64,000 nt of DNA. Source: Macrostomum lignano (Eukaryota). The position numbers were made by a program, and so were the translations under genes. How positions within the stretch are numbered: the stretch's first letter is position 1; each line of letters starts with the position of its first letter. The notes under the pieces are model-generated. The model was not told the DNA's origin. It was given only the letters and a program-made list of their open reading frames with translations, and did no database searches. Positions 1 to 10,900 of this stretch are shown here, piece by piece. Location of the stretch: positions 124,001-188,000 of the forward strand of contig NIVC01000212.1 of NCBI GenBank assembly GCA_002269645.1. The letters are read 5' to 3'.

Positions 1-302
1 GTGATTCTGCGAATGTACTTTACTACTTAGGTTAAAAGGCTTTACTTCAATTAGGCTGTATCACAAGTTCTTGAATCGGTGACAGCAGGACGCCAATACT
101 GTACACAGGCACACACTACGCTCGTAATACACACGCTCACAGAGGGTACAGAGGAAACCCTTTGACTTTCTAATCGTTAGGCATGTACACTCACTGAGAT
201 GCATTGTGCCTCATGAACAATATTGCCCCAAATGAATGTGAATTCGAAGCATGAAATGACTTATCCGTGAGGATAATTTCAAGCCCTGCCGATTTCAAAC
301 AG

Positions 303-633
303 GGAAGCGGCCACACTGAAAATGTTCGCCAAATTTGCTGCTCGACTGGCCAAGAATGATGGCGAGGAGGATGATGATGACAAAGGCAAAGACGATGATG
401 TCAAGAAAGATGCCTCTTCGTCCCTGTTTAGTCACGTGTTCCAGCCGGAGTCGGGGCCGTCAGCTAGGCGCGTGCTGGACCCGGCCGACGCTGCCACGGC
501 GTCAGCGCCGGATCGCTACGAGCTCGAAGATCCGCGCAATCCGATGAACAAGCGTCGACGAAAAGCGGCCGCTGAGAAACTCGCGGCTCGAATTGGTCGA
601 GGCGGCAGCGGCGGAGGAGACGACCGATTGTGA
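303..633 (+). CDS. CWC27: Last coding exon of spliceosomal cyclophilin CWC27 (5' part lies outside the window)
   Basis: AG acceptor at 301-302, then EAATLKMFAKFAARL...LFSHVFQPE...YELEDPRNPMNKRRRK, matching the remembered CWC27 C-terminus (FEIYDPRNPVNKRRR); stop at 631-633. Confidence 0.8.
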
Positions 634-828
634 ATAATAGCAGAATCGTCCTGCAAGCCATAAAAATGGCCCCTTGCATTAACATCGTTTGTTCTGCTTT
701 CCCTATAATATTGTAAATTATAAAATACCAAAAAAGACAAGTAAATTAACTATTGCTACTCTTGCATTTATCATTGTGTTGATGAGATATGTACTTTTGT
801 CTTGGTTGTGTACTTTTAATTTTTATTA

Positions 829-1039
829 GGTTGTAGGATAGTGGGTAGAGCGTCGGTGGTTCAATTCTCAACTGAACTCACTCGGAACAATTTGTGTCCT
901 TCAGCAAGGCACTTAACTCTGCATTGCTTCAGTTCACCCAGCTGTAAAATGGGTGCCAGTATTAGCTGGGGTAATTGAGGGTGTGTGTGTGTGGCGACAC
1001 CTCAGTCCTTAGACTGAACAGCCGTACGCAGCCTTCAGA
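829..1039 (+). mobile_element. tRNA-derived SINE with CORE(MIR)-like central domain, copy 1 (degenerate head)
   Basis: GTGTCCTTCAGCAAGGCACTTAACTCTGCATTGCTTCAGTTCACCCAGCTGTAAAATGGG resembles the CORE-SINE domain; a second copy lies inverted at 15919-16151. Confidence 0.65.
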
Positions 1040-1267
1040 ATTCAGATGCCATTTCTTTACTTATTAGGGCAGGTGTATTCAGTTATTATTATTAAAGCTA
1101 CAAATATCTATATCGAGGATATTTTGCTTGATTGCGGCAAATTTAAACAGCAACATTCTATTCAGACTCATACAAGTAGTGTCCTTAGCTATATAAAAAT
1201 CAAATAAATAAATCTCGCTAATATTTTAGCTTGTTCAAGCGTGACAAGCCGCCTAGAAAGTGCCGGC

Positions 1268-4200
1268 ATGACTTTAATGGAGTTTTTCGGCTGCTCTCTG
1301 GTGGCATTTTCTCCCGTATTGGTTATGTTCGCTTTTACTGTGGCCAGTAATCCATTGAAGATTATCATTTTAACTTGCAGGTTTGTTATTGTTAATATTT
1401 ATATAGAATTTACCGCATTTAATAATCGTCTTTTTAAAACAAATTTAGTTCGTTTTTCTGGTTGCTGTCATTGCTACTTTCGGCAGTAGTATGGTACGCA
1501 ATTGTGCCACTGCGCGGCTATCTGGCCTTCGGCATGGTTGTATCGGTGATTTTCCAGGAAATGATTCGTGTGGCCTTGTACTACTTGTTGAAGTGAGTAG
1601 CATTTGAATCTTTTAAAATATTTTAGTTTAGTAGAATACAGTATTTATTGGGTGGGTTATCGTGCGATTGGGGTGGGTTGTCGTGGGTTGTCATGCGATT
1701 GTCGTGGGTTGGGGTGGGTTGTCGTGCGGTTGGAGTGGGTTGTCGTGCGGTTGGGGTGGGTTGTCGTGCGGTTGGAGTGGGTTGTCGTGCGGTTGGGGTG
1801 GGTTGTCGTGCGGTTGGGGTGGGTTGTCGTGCGGTTGGGGTGGGTTGTCGTGCGGTTGGGGTGGGTTGTCGTGCGATTGGGGTGGGTTGTCGTGCGGTTG
1901 GGGTGGGTTGTCGTGCGATTGTCGTGCGGTTGGAGTGGGTTGTCGTGCGATTGTCGTGGGTTGTCGTGCGATTGTCGTGCGGTTGGAGTGGGTTGTCGTG
2001 CGGTTGGGGTGGGTTGTCGTGCGGTTGGGGTGGGTTGTCGTGCGGTTGGGATGGGTTGTCGTGCGGTTGGGGTGGGTTGTCGTGCGGTTGGGGTGGGTTG
2101 TCGTGCGATTCTCAGCCGTGAATGTCCTTATGTCTCAACTGTAATTGTAGAAAAGCGCAATTGGGGCTGCAAAAAATTGCCGCAGCCGAAGAAGGGGAAC
2201 CGACCCGGACTTCGGCTGATTCCAACGAAGCTACCGGCGATTCTGCCGTTGTCTCGGTGACGGCTGCCTCCGCCGCTGTTGTTAGTCCGGGTGCCGCAGC
2301 GCAGCCTAGCGTTGTCTCGCCGTCGGGTTCGTCTCGCCGGGTCGATCGGGTCAACCTCACACCGGAGACGCGTCTGAACAGCTCTGGCTCTCGGATTCTA
2401 GACTTGAACAGCCTGTCTTATGGTGAGGGGAATGTTGCGCTCTCGGTAGTGAATGTCACCCTCAGTGTATCTGTTACTGCCACTCTTTAGTCGTACTGTC
2501 ATCTATAACCTTTCACCTATCGCGATGACACTCACTCTTACTTGTTGCCATTTTCACTCTCATCCATCGCCATTGTCACTCTCATGCATCGCCATTGTCA
2601 CTCTTATCCATCGCCATTTTCACTCTCATCCATCGCCATTGTCACTCTCATGCATCGTCATTGTCACTCTCATCCATCGCCATTGTCACTCTCATTCATC
2701 GCCATTGTCACTCTCATTCATCGCCATTGTCAATCTCATTCATCGCCATTGTCACTTTCATCCATCGCCATTGTCACTCTCATTCATCGCCATTGTCACT
2801 CTCATTCATCGCCATTGTCACTCTCATTCATCGCCATTGTCACTCTCATTCATCGCCATTGTCACTCTCATTTATCGCCATTGTCACTCCCCCTGGCAGT
2901 GTGCGGCCTCGGCTTCGGCTTCATGTCCGGGGCATTCGCCATGGTGAACCTGCTGGCTGACGTGTCCGGCCCCGGCTCCGTTGGTTTGGCCGGTGAGCAC
3001 GAAGCTTTCCTGCTGGTGTCCGCCTGTCTGGCCCTGCTGTTCTCCTGTCTGAACATCTGCTGGACTGTTGTGACATTCGCCTGTCTGGAGAGCCGTAGAC
3101 TGCACCTGCTCGCAGCTGTGTGGCCCAGTCACCTGCTCTGCTCCCTGCTGGTGAGTCTATGAGGAGTTTTGTCCGGCTTTGCTAAATCCCAGTCTATATT
3201 TGTAGTCAGATAAGTCAGGCCCCACAAATACACGATCCACATTGAGTCAGATGTGTCAGGCCCCACAAATACACGATCCACATTGAGTCAGATGTGTCAG
3301 GCCCCACAAATACACGATCCACATTGAGTCAGATGTGTCAGGCCCCACAAATACACGATCCACATTGAGTCAGATGTGTCAGGCCCCACAAATACACGAT
3401 CCACATTGAGTCAGATAAGTCAGGCCCCACAAATACACGATCCACATTGAGTCAGATGTGTCAGGCCCCACAAATACACGATCCACATTGAGTCAGATGA
3501 GTCAGGCCCCACAAATACACGATCCACATTGAGTCAGATGAGTCAGGCCCCACAAATACACGATCCACATTGAGTCAGATAAGTCAGGCCCCTTAAAGAC
3601 ACGATCCACATTGAGTCAGATGAGTCAGGCCCCTTAAAGACACGATCAACATTGAGTCAGATGAGTCAGGCCCCTTAAAGACACGATCAACATTGAGTCA
3701 GATGAGTCAGGCCCCTTTAAGTCACGGTCCACATTAAGTCAGATGAGTCAGGCCCCTTTAAGTCACGGTCCACATTAAGTCAGATGAGTCAAACCCTATA
3801 AAGACACGGTCCACATTCAGTCAGATGAGTCAAACCCTATAAAGACACGGTCCACATTCAGTCAGATGAGTCAAACCCTATAAAGACACGGTCCACATTC
3901 AGTCAAATGAGTCAAACCCTATAAAGACACGGTCCACATTCAGTCAGATGAGTCAAACCCTATAAAGACACGGTCCACATTCAGTCAGTGCTATCATTCT
4001 TAGCTTCAAGAACCAACTAATAGCAATTTGCTACCCTCTACTACACCGCAGACTCTACTCAACAGTCCTTCAAATCCTGCGATGTCCCTGGCACCAACCC
4101 TGACTTCGCTCGTCTGTCTAATTGGCTGTCTGCTGCTCTCATTAGCGCTCGCGGGCATCAGCATTCCCAGGTTCCTGGTGTCGCTCGTGTCGCCGAAATG

Positions 4201-4369
4201 GTTGTGCAAAGCTATCAGTTGGGCGAGCGGGTTTTTGACAGTTTTTCACCCAATAGCGTCAGTTGATTATTCAAAGACTCGCGTCATTTTTTGTGATTCT
4301 GTTTTTTGTCATCGGGCCATTGTGCCAGTTTTTATTGATGGTGTGTCGGAAGTACGTATCCTAGACTAG
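1268..4369 (+). CDS. APH1: Gamma-secretase subunit APH-1, 5 exons, ~365 aa
   Basis: Exons 1268-1380, 1449-1592, 2151-2422, 2900-3150, 4052-4369, all GT-AG with consistent phases (total 1098 nt). Motifs FFGCSLVAFSP, FFWLLSLLLS, FQEMIR, KAQLGL, VCGLGFGFMSG (GxxxG), LADVSGPGSVG and SHLL match APH-1. Confidence 0.9.
1650..2110. repeat. G-rich 21-bp minisatellite (GGGTTGTCGTGCGGTTGGGGT)n in APH-1 intron 2
   Basis: About 20 near-identical tandem units visible directly. Confidence 0.95.
2520..2890. repeat. 22-bp minisatellite (CGCCATTGTCACTCTCATTCAT)n in APH-1 intron 3
   Basis: Tandem units with a 22-bp period (e.g. 2571, 2593). Confidence 0.95.
3205..3985. repeat. 41-bp minisatellite (GTCAGGCCCCACAAATACACGATCCACATTGAGTCAGATGT)n in APH-1 intron 4
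   Basis: About 19 units with a 41-bp period (3241, 3282); unit sequence changes progressively along the array. Confidence 0.95.
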
Positions 4370-4562
4370 CTCATGTGTGTTCATGTGAGCTCATGTGAGC
4401 TCATGTGTGCTCATGTGTGCTCATGTGAGCTCATGTGTGCTCATGTGTGCTCATGTGTGCTCATGTGAGCTCATGTGAGCTCATGTGTGCTCATGTGTGC
4501 TCATGTGTGCTCATGTGTGCTCATGTGAGCTCATGTGTGCTCATGTGAGCTCATGTGAGCTC
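4368..4562. repeat. 10-bp repeat (CTCATGTGWG)n immediately after the APH-1 stop codon
   Basis: About 19 tandem CTCATGTGTG/CTCATGTGAG units. Confidence 0.95.
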
Positions 4563-4990
4563 AAGAGTCAGCGGAATGGCCCAGCAATAACTCTGCTCTT
4601 TGATGCAGTTTTGGCTATCTTTTCCTTTATACGTTATCTTCCTTTATTATACGTTAGTATCAAGTTTTAGTCAACGACTTCTTATCGGTGTGCTTTTTTC
4701 GTTCTTAAATGGTGCAAAATATAAACGATCAGAAACACATTAATAAAAATGAAGTACATTTATTCTACTTCCGTACAATATTATTTTTTTTTCTGTATAT
4801 TGCTCAAAGGCTATTAAAAACGTTCAGGTGCAATATCGACTTTCGTGTTTATAATCTCTCTTTATTTTGTTTTGGTTGTAGAAAACAGAACAGTAATTAT
4901 TAAACGAGAAAAGTAGGCGTTAATTAGGCTCAAAGTCCGAGTCGCTATTAGTAGTATATATGTTCAGCAATCCTGTATTTTCGTTCCAAA

Positions 4991-7900
4991 TCACTTGAAC
5001 GAGTAAGTCGGCATTGGCAAATTTCCGCACCAGGTCGTGATGAATTTCAGCACATCCTGGCAGTCCACAGAGTGGCTCATCTTAGTAGCCGTCAGCATCT
5101 TGTTATAATCGTCTTTGTTAGCCGTCTTGTCCGCCCGTTTGAACTGCACGCCAGTCTCTAGCACCGGGTAACCGGTGATCAAGCAAGGCGGATAGGGGCT
5201 CATCTGGCCGCCAATTAGTGAGGCCTCGAATATGCCTCGATTGTCTTTCGGCAGTGTCTGTTCCATGCGTTGGTTCATTGATACTTCCAGGATCCAGACT
5301 TTCACCTGCGGTTAAGGGTGAATCTTGTTAAAGCATTATGCTTATCATTGATGCTACATCATTGAATCCAGGCTACACCCTTTGAATACAGGCTACACCC
5401 TTGAATCCAGGCTACACCCTTGAATCCAGGCTACACCCTTGAATCCAGGCTACACCCTTGAATCCAGGCTACACCCTTTTAATCCACACTACACCCTTGA
5501 ATCCAAACTACACCTCTTGAATCCACACTACACCCCTTGATTCCAAACTACACCCCTTGAATCCAAACTACACCTCTTGATTCCAAACTATACCCCTTGA
5601 ATCCAAACTATACCCCTTGAATCCAAACTGCACCCCTTGAATTCAAGCTACACCCCTTGAATCAAAACTGCACCCCTTGAATCCAAACTGCACCCCTTGA
5701 ATTCAAACTACACCCCTTGAATACGAACTACACCCATTGAATCCAAACTGCACCCCTTGAATCCAATATACACCCCTTAAACAGCCTAAACTATTAATCC
5801 TTTAATCTATCTACGTATTCTAAAACGCCCATGCATACTCGGCGAGTACTCACCTCTTCGTACTCTGTACTGTTAGTGTGGGGCGAGGCTGGCAGAGGCA
5901 CTTCGGCTGGTATGTCCGTGCCCTCGAAATCCGAATGATTTAAGGACGAATCGTCCTGATCTTCGATCGCTTCGATTAGATCCAAATAGTGATTGAGGAA
6001 CACGAATGCCATGTTATCCCAGCCGATGGATTTGCACATCATGCCAGCCTCGTAGAAGGCCTTGTCGGCCGGCATGTACTCCGTGTATCGTAGCAGACTG
6101 ATGGCCACTTTGGTCGCTTGCGGCTTTAAAGAGTCGTCCGATAGCATCGCTGACCTGTAATGAAGATTCGGGGTTTAAACTCGGTAGTAGCAATCTTAAT
6201 TTTTATCTAGTTATTCGTGCGGTGTTTAGCTGGGTTCATAGCTTAATTTCGGAGTGAGGTGGCTATTATGAATGAGTGAAAAAGTAATTAAAGAGTGAGC
6301 TGTCTGTCTTAGCCCTCTTGGGTAAAGGGGCTCCTGGAGTCTGAGAAGTCAGTCGGCAAGTACTAACCGAATGGCACAGTAGTGCGCAATAGTTAGCAGC
6401 TGGTCAAACAGTTCGTGATCCTGCGAGCCCCTGTCCGAGGACTTCTCCAAATTCTGCACCAGATTGAGCAGAAAGTCGCGCAGGTCGGCCCAGATCGGAT
6501 AGGCGCCAGGCTTGCACATGTCTCGCATGCTGATGACGTCCTTGAATATCTTGCGGTAGATGTTGTAGTTCTGCTGGAACGCCGGGGCGCCGTGTTTCAC
6601 GTACAGCGTCAATGCCGCCTCCGTATTGCCCTCCTTGATGAGATTGGTAGCGTACATGGCCACATATTTGTGCAGCAGCTTGTAGTCCTGCTTCTCGGCC
6701 ATGGCGAGGCACTTTTCCCATTGGCCTTTGGCGGCGAGCATGTCAACAGCGGAGCCAACGTCGCCTGTTGCTGCCAGCTCCTGGGTTCGTGTGAAGTGTT
6801 GTTGGCGTTATCGTTAAAAAACAAAATTTAGACACCCTGGCGCAGCGCCTTCGGTGACACCGTCCTCACAATCCAGCGCTGAGGCAATTCTGCACATCTG
6901 CACAATTCTGCACAACTCATACACACTAGGTGTACAGCGGCCCTGATTTTCTGACTGTCAGCCATGAACACTCTAGTGAAATTTAGCCAGTAATGAATGA
7001 ATTTTTAAGGACAACAACTTGAAGCCAATGAGAAATTCAATAGTTCTGTGTTTGAGTGCTGAAGTGTCTTGCTCAAATCTTTGGCCTCTATAGCCAACAA
7101 GAGCTCGTGTCACCCTGCGGTCTAAGCATGCTGATCCACTAGACTTGGTGCCGATCCTCCTGTACGGCATATGGAGGCTGTGCCGCTGACCAGTGAGAGC
7201 GAGCCCTGGACGCACTCTACCGATCAATGAGTGCGCTACGTGCTGGGCGTGCACTACCCGGAGCGCCTGCCGACCAACGCTCTGATGGCCCGCGCTGGAA
7301 CTCCACCATCGCTCCACTACCCTGCGCCGGCGCTGTCAGATGCTGCTGGCCACTGCCTACGTACCCTAGGCTACGGTGCGGCCGTCCATCTGGCCCTGGC
7401 CATGCTGCACCGTTCAACCGAGCAATGCGCTCGCACTGCCACTCTAACAGACAGCCTCATTGCCGACTTGCAGGCGCTTGAGCTGACCCTTCAGGCTGCT
7501 GCTGCCTGCCCCTCCCGCCTGTTCTGCAAGCGATTGCGCACAAGGGGCCTCCCCTCTGCGTTCTAATAAATATTCAGTAGACAGTGGTGCCAAAAGAGCA
7601 CTAAATTTTGGTGCCCCTTAGAGTTGCACCCCCCCTCCAATTAAAAGAGGATGTGAACTTAAGCGCGATTTGGAAGCCGTGAGTCAGGCAACCAAACCGC
7701 TGCGAAATTCTCACTATTCAGACCCAAAATAGACAAGAAAAGCGTAATTGATCTTTCTTCCACTCCGGCCGCTTCCGCATGGGATAAATGGGGAAATGAG
7801 GATTTCATGTGAACTTAAGGCTCTGAAATGGAAGCGGTGGCCGATTGAGCCGGTTTCTCTATCGGATCTCTCTACTGGACCGACAATGAGACAAGAATCG

Positions 7901-10900
7901 TTAAAAACCGCATCTCTCTATCATTTGGTCTCCCTGAATGGGATAAATGGGGAAAAATGGGGATTTCATGTGAACTTAAGGCTCTGAAATGGAAGCGGTG
8001 GCCGATTGAGCCGGTTTCTCTATCGGATCTCTCTACTGGACCGACAATGAGACAAGAATCGTTAAAAACCGCATCTCTCTATCATTTGGTCTCCCTGAAT
8101 GGGATAAATGGGGAAAAATGGGGATTTCATGTGAACTTAAGGCTCTGAAATGGAAGCGGTGGCCGATTGAGCCGGTTTCTCTATCGGATCTCTCTACTAG
8201 ACCGACAATGAGACAAGAATCGTTAAAAACCGCATCTCTCTATCATTTGGTCTCCCTGAATGGGATAAATGGGGAAATGGGGATTTCATGTGAACTTAAG
8301 GCTCTGAAATGGAAGCGGTGGCCGATTGAGCCGGTTTCTCTATCGGATCTCTCTACTGGACCGACAATGAGACAAGAATCGTTAAAAACCGCATCTCTCT
8401 ATCATTTGGTCTCCCTGAATGGGATAAATGGGGAAAAATGGGGATTTCATGTGAACTTAAGGCTCTGAAATGGAAGCGGTGGCCGATTGAGCCGGTTTCT
8501 CTATCGGATCTCTCTACTAGACCGACAATGAGACAAGAATCGTTAAAAACCGCATCTCTCTATCATTTGGTCTCCCTGAATGGGATAAATGGGGAAAAAT
8601 GGGGATTTCATGTGAACTTAAGGCTCTGAAATGGAAGCGGTGGCCGATTGAGCCGGTTTCTCTATCGGATCTCTCTACTGGACCGACAATGAGACAAGAA
8701 TCGTTAAAAACCGCATCTCTCTATCATTTGGTCTCCCTGAATGGGATAAATGGGGAAAAATGGGGATTTCATGTGAACTTAAGGCTCTGAAATGGAAGCG
8801 GTGGCCGATTGAGCCGGTTTCTCTATCGGATCTCTCTACTGGACCGACAATGAGACAAGAATCGTTAAAAACCGCATCTCTCTATCATTTGGTCTCCCTG
8901 AATGGGATAAATGGGGAAAAATGGGGATTTCATGTGAACTTAAGGCTCTGAAATGGAAGCGGTGGCCGATTGAGCCGGTTTCTCTATCGGATCTCTCTAC
9001 TAGACCGACAATGAGACAAGAATCGTTAAAAACCGCATCTCTCTATCATTTGGTCTCCCTGAATGGGATAAATGGGGAAATGGGGATTTCATGTGAACTT
9101 AAGGCTCTGAAATGGAAGCGGTGGCCGATTGAGCCGGTTTCTCTATCGGATCTCTCTACTGGACCGACAATGAGACAAGAATCGTTAAAAACCGCATCTC
9201 TCTATCATTTGGTCTCCCTGAATGGGATAAATGGGGAAATGGGATTTCATGTGAACTTAAGGCTCTGAAATGGAAGCGGTGGCCGATTGAGCCGGTTTCT
9301 CTATCGGATCTCTCTACTGGACCGACAATGAGACAAGAATCGTTAAAAACCGCATCCCTTTTGTGTTGATGATTTTTACGGGCCATACTTCGAGTACTGA
9401 TGAGATGCAGCTGCGATGCAAGGTCTTCAAGCTCTAACCACGTATCACCGTCGAAATTCTCAAGCGTGTGTTGCACCTGGATGTTTTGGATATAGCTTTC
9501 AGACTGCTGTACATGAAATGGTCCCACACTTACTTCCTGAAAGCCTGTGGACTCTGGATCTAGCACATCGACTGGTGACCAGCGCCTCGACCCTTCGACC
9601 CTTCGACCCTTCGATAGGAGTTCGGGTCACTTCACACAGGTAGTTCACACCTTCAATCGGATCGAATTCGTTGCTGTGAAACATGCGCCTGGTAAAATTC
9701 TGACCAAACTCAAAAAGTGAGCTGTCATTCCATGACTTTGGCAGCGTTTTATTCAGTGGGAATCCAATGTGCGAGCGGTTGTATTTGGCAATACAGTTGT
9801 CGATAATGACATCTAGCCGACTAGATGTACAGAATTCAGCAGGCTGCTGCCACTGGTATGGCTCATGCCGCTCATTAATACATCTGTTCTGCTTGATTGC
9901 AGCGAACGCGCACTCAACAGAAAAGCGGAAAAGCGTAGCCAGCCTACTGGTATTGGACTCAATAGCAGTCAGTTTTCCATGAACGGGGCGATCCTCAGCC
10001 CAGACTGGATTCTTTACGTAGCAAAATCGATCATTAAGTATTGGATCGCCGGGTCCGAGAGGAAACAATAGCAGCGTGTTTCCTCGACTGTTTGATTCAA
10101 TCAGATCGCGGAAACTCTTGTCCGATGAATCAGTGCAGCGTGGTGAACTGTAACCGCGGTCAAATATCGCCACGACTCGATACCCTGGCACATTGGCACA
10201 GAGTAGTTTTGTTAGTGCAGCTGGAATGAGATGCTCTCGCTCCATCTCTATCTGGTAGGCCGCCAGATTTCCATCACTGAGGACAGGAGATGTGGATCTA
10301 CTGAGCGGTGCTGCGTAAACTACCTTGCCAGTCGCATTCACTACGAGCAGTTTCTTTAAAACGTTGCTACTCTTCGGAGCATAGTATGTGCGTTTCTGCA
10401 GATGGTGCTGGCCGCCTTTACCGATGAAAAAGTACGTATGGTCACCGATAAAGAAAACAAGCTGCTTATCCCGAACGTATCGTTCAAAAATACCTGCAAA
10501 AAATTCGTCCCTAACAACGTTCGTCTCCAGGATCGTCTCAATCGGAGCACATGACAGTAGCCTTGGTTGAAAAGGGTCGTTGATGTAGTGATCCTTGGCC
10601 ACCTCCCAAAAGACTTCACAAGCGCGGCGCGCAGATTGTTGAAATCGTTTCCTATGGCTTCCAAGCTGACGCCATTTCGGAGGTTTTTTCAGGTAAAGAA
10701 ATACTCTGTTCTCTTGACTTAGAAATCTAGTGCGTACTGAGCCCGAGATGAGGCTTTTGAAGCTGTCGAAGTTCTCTCGAGACATTCCAACGACTTTATC
10801 AAAGCGCTTGTCAGCCAAAAGTTCTTGTCTCATTGTCGGTCCAGTAGAGAGATCCGATAGAGAAACCGGCTCAATCGGCCACCGCTTCCATTTCAGAGCC

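Noticed and set aside
1604-2960. Long Gly/Val/Cys and His/Ser/Leu ORFs (also 13222-13545, 22843-23341, 35896-36513, 63342-63815)
   Set aside because: Translations of minisatellite or low-complexity DNA lying in introns or subterminal arrays.
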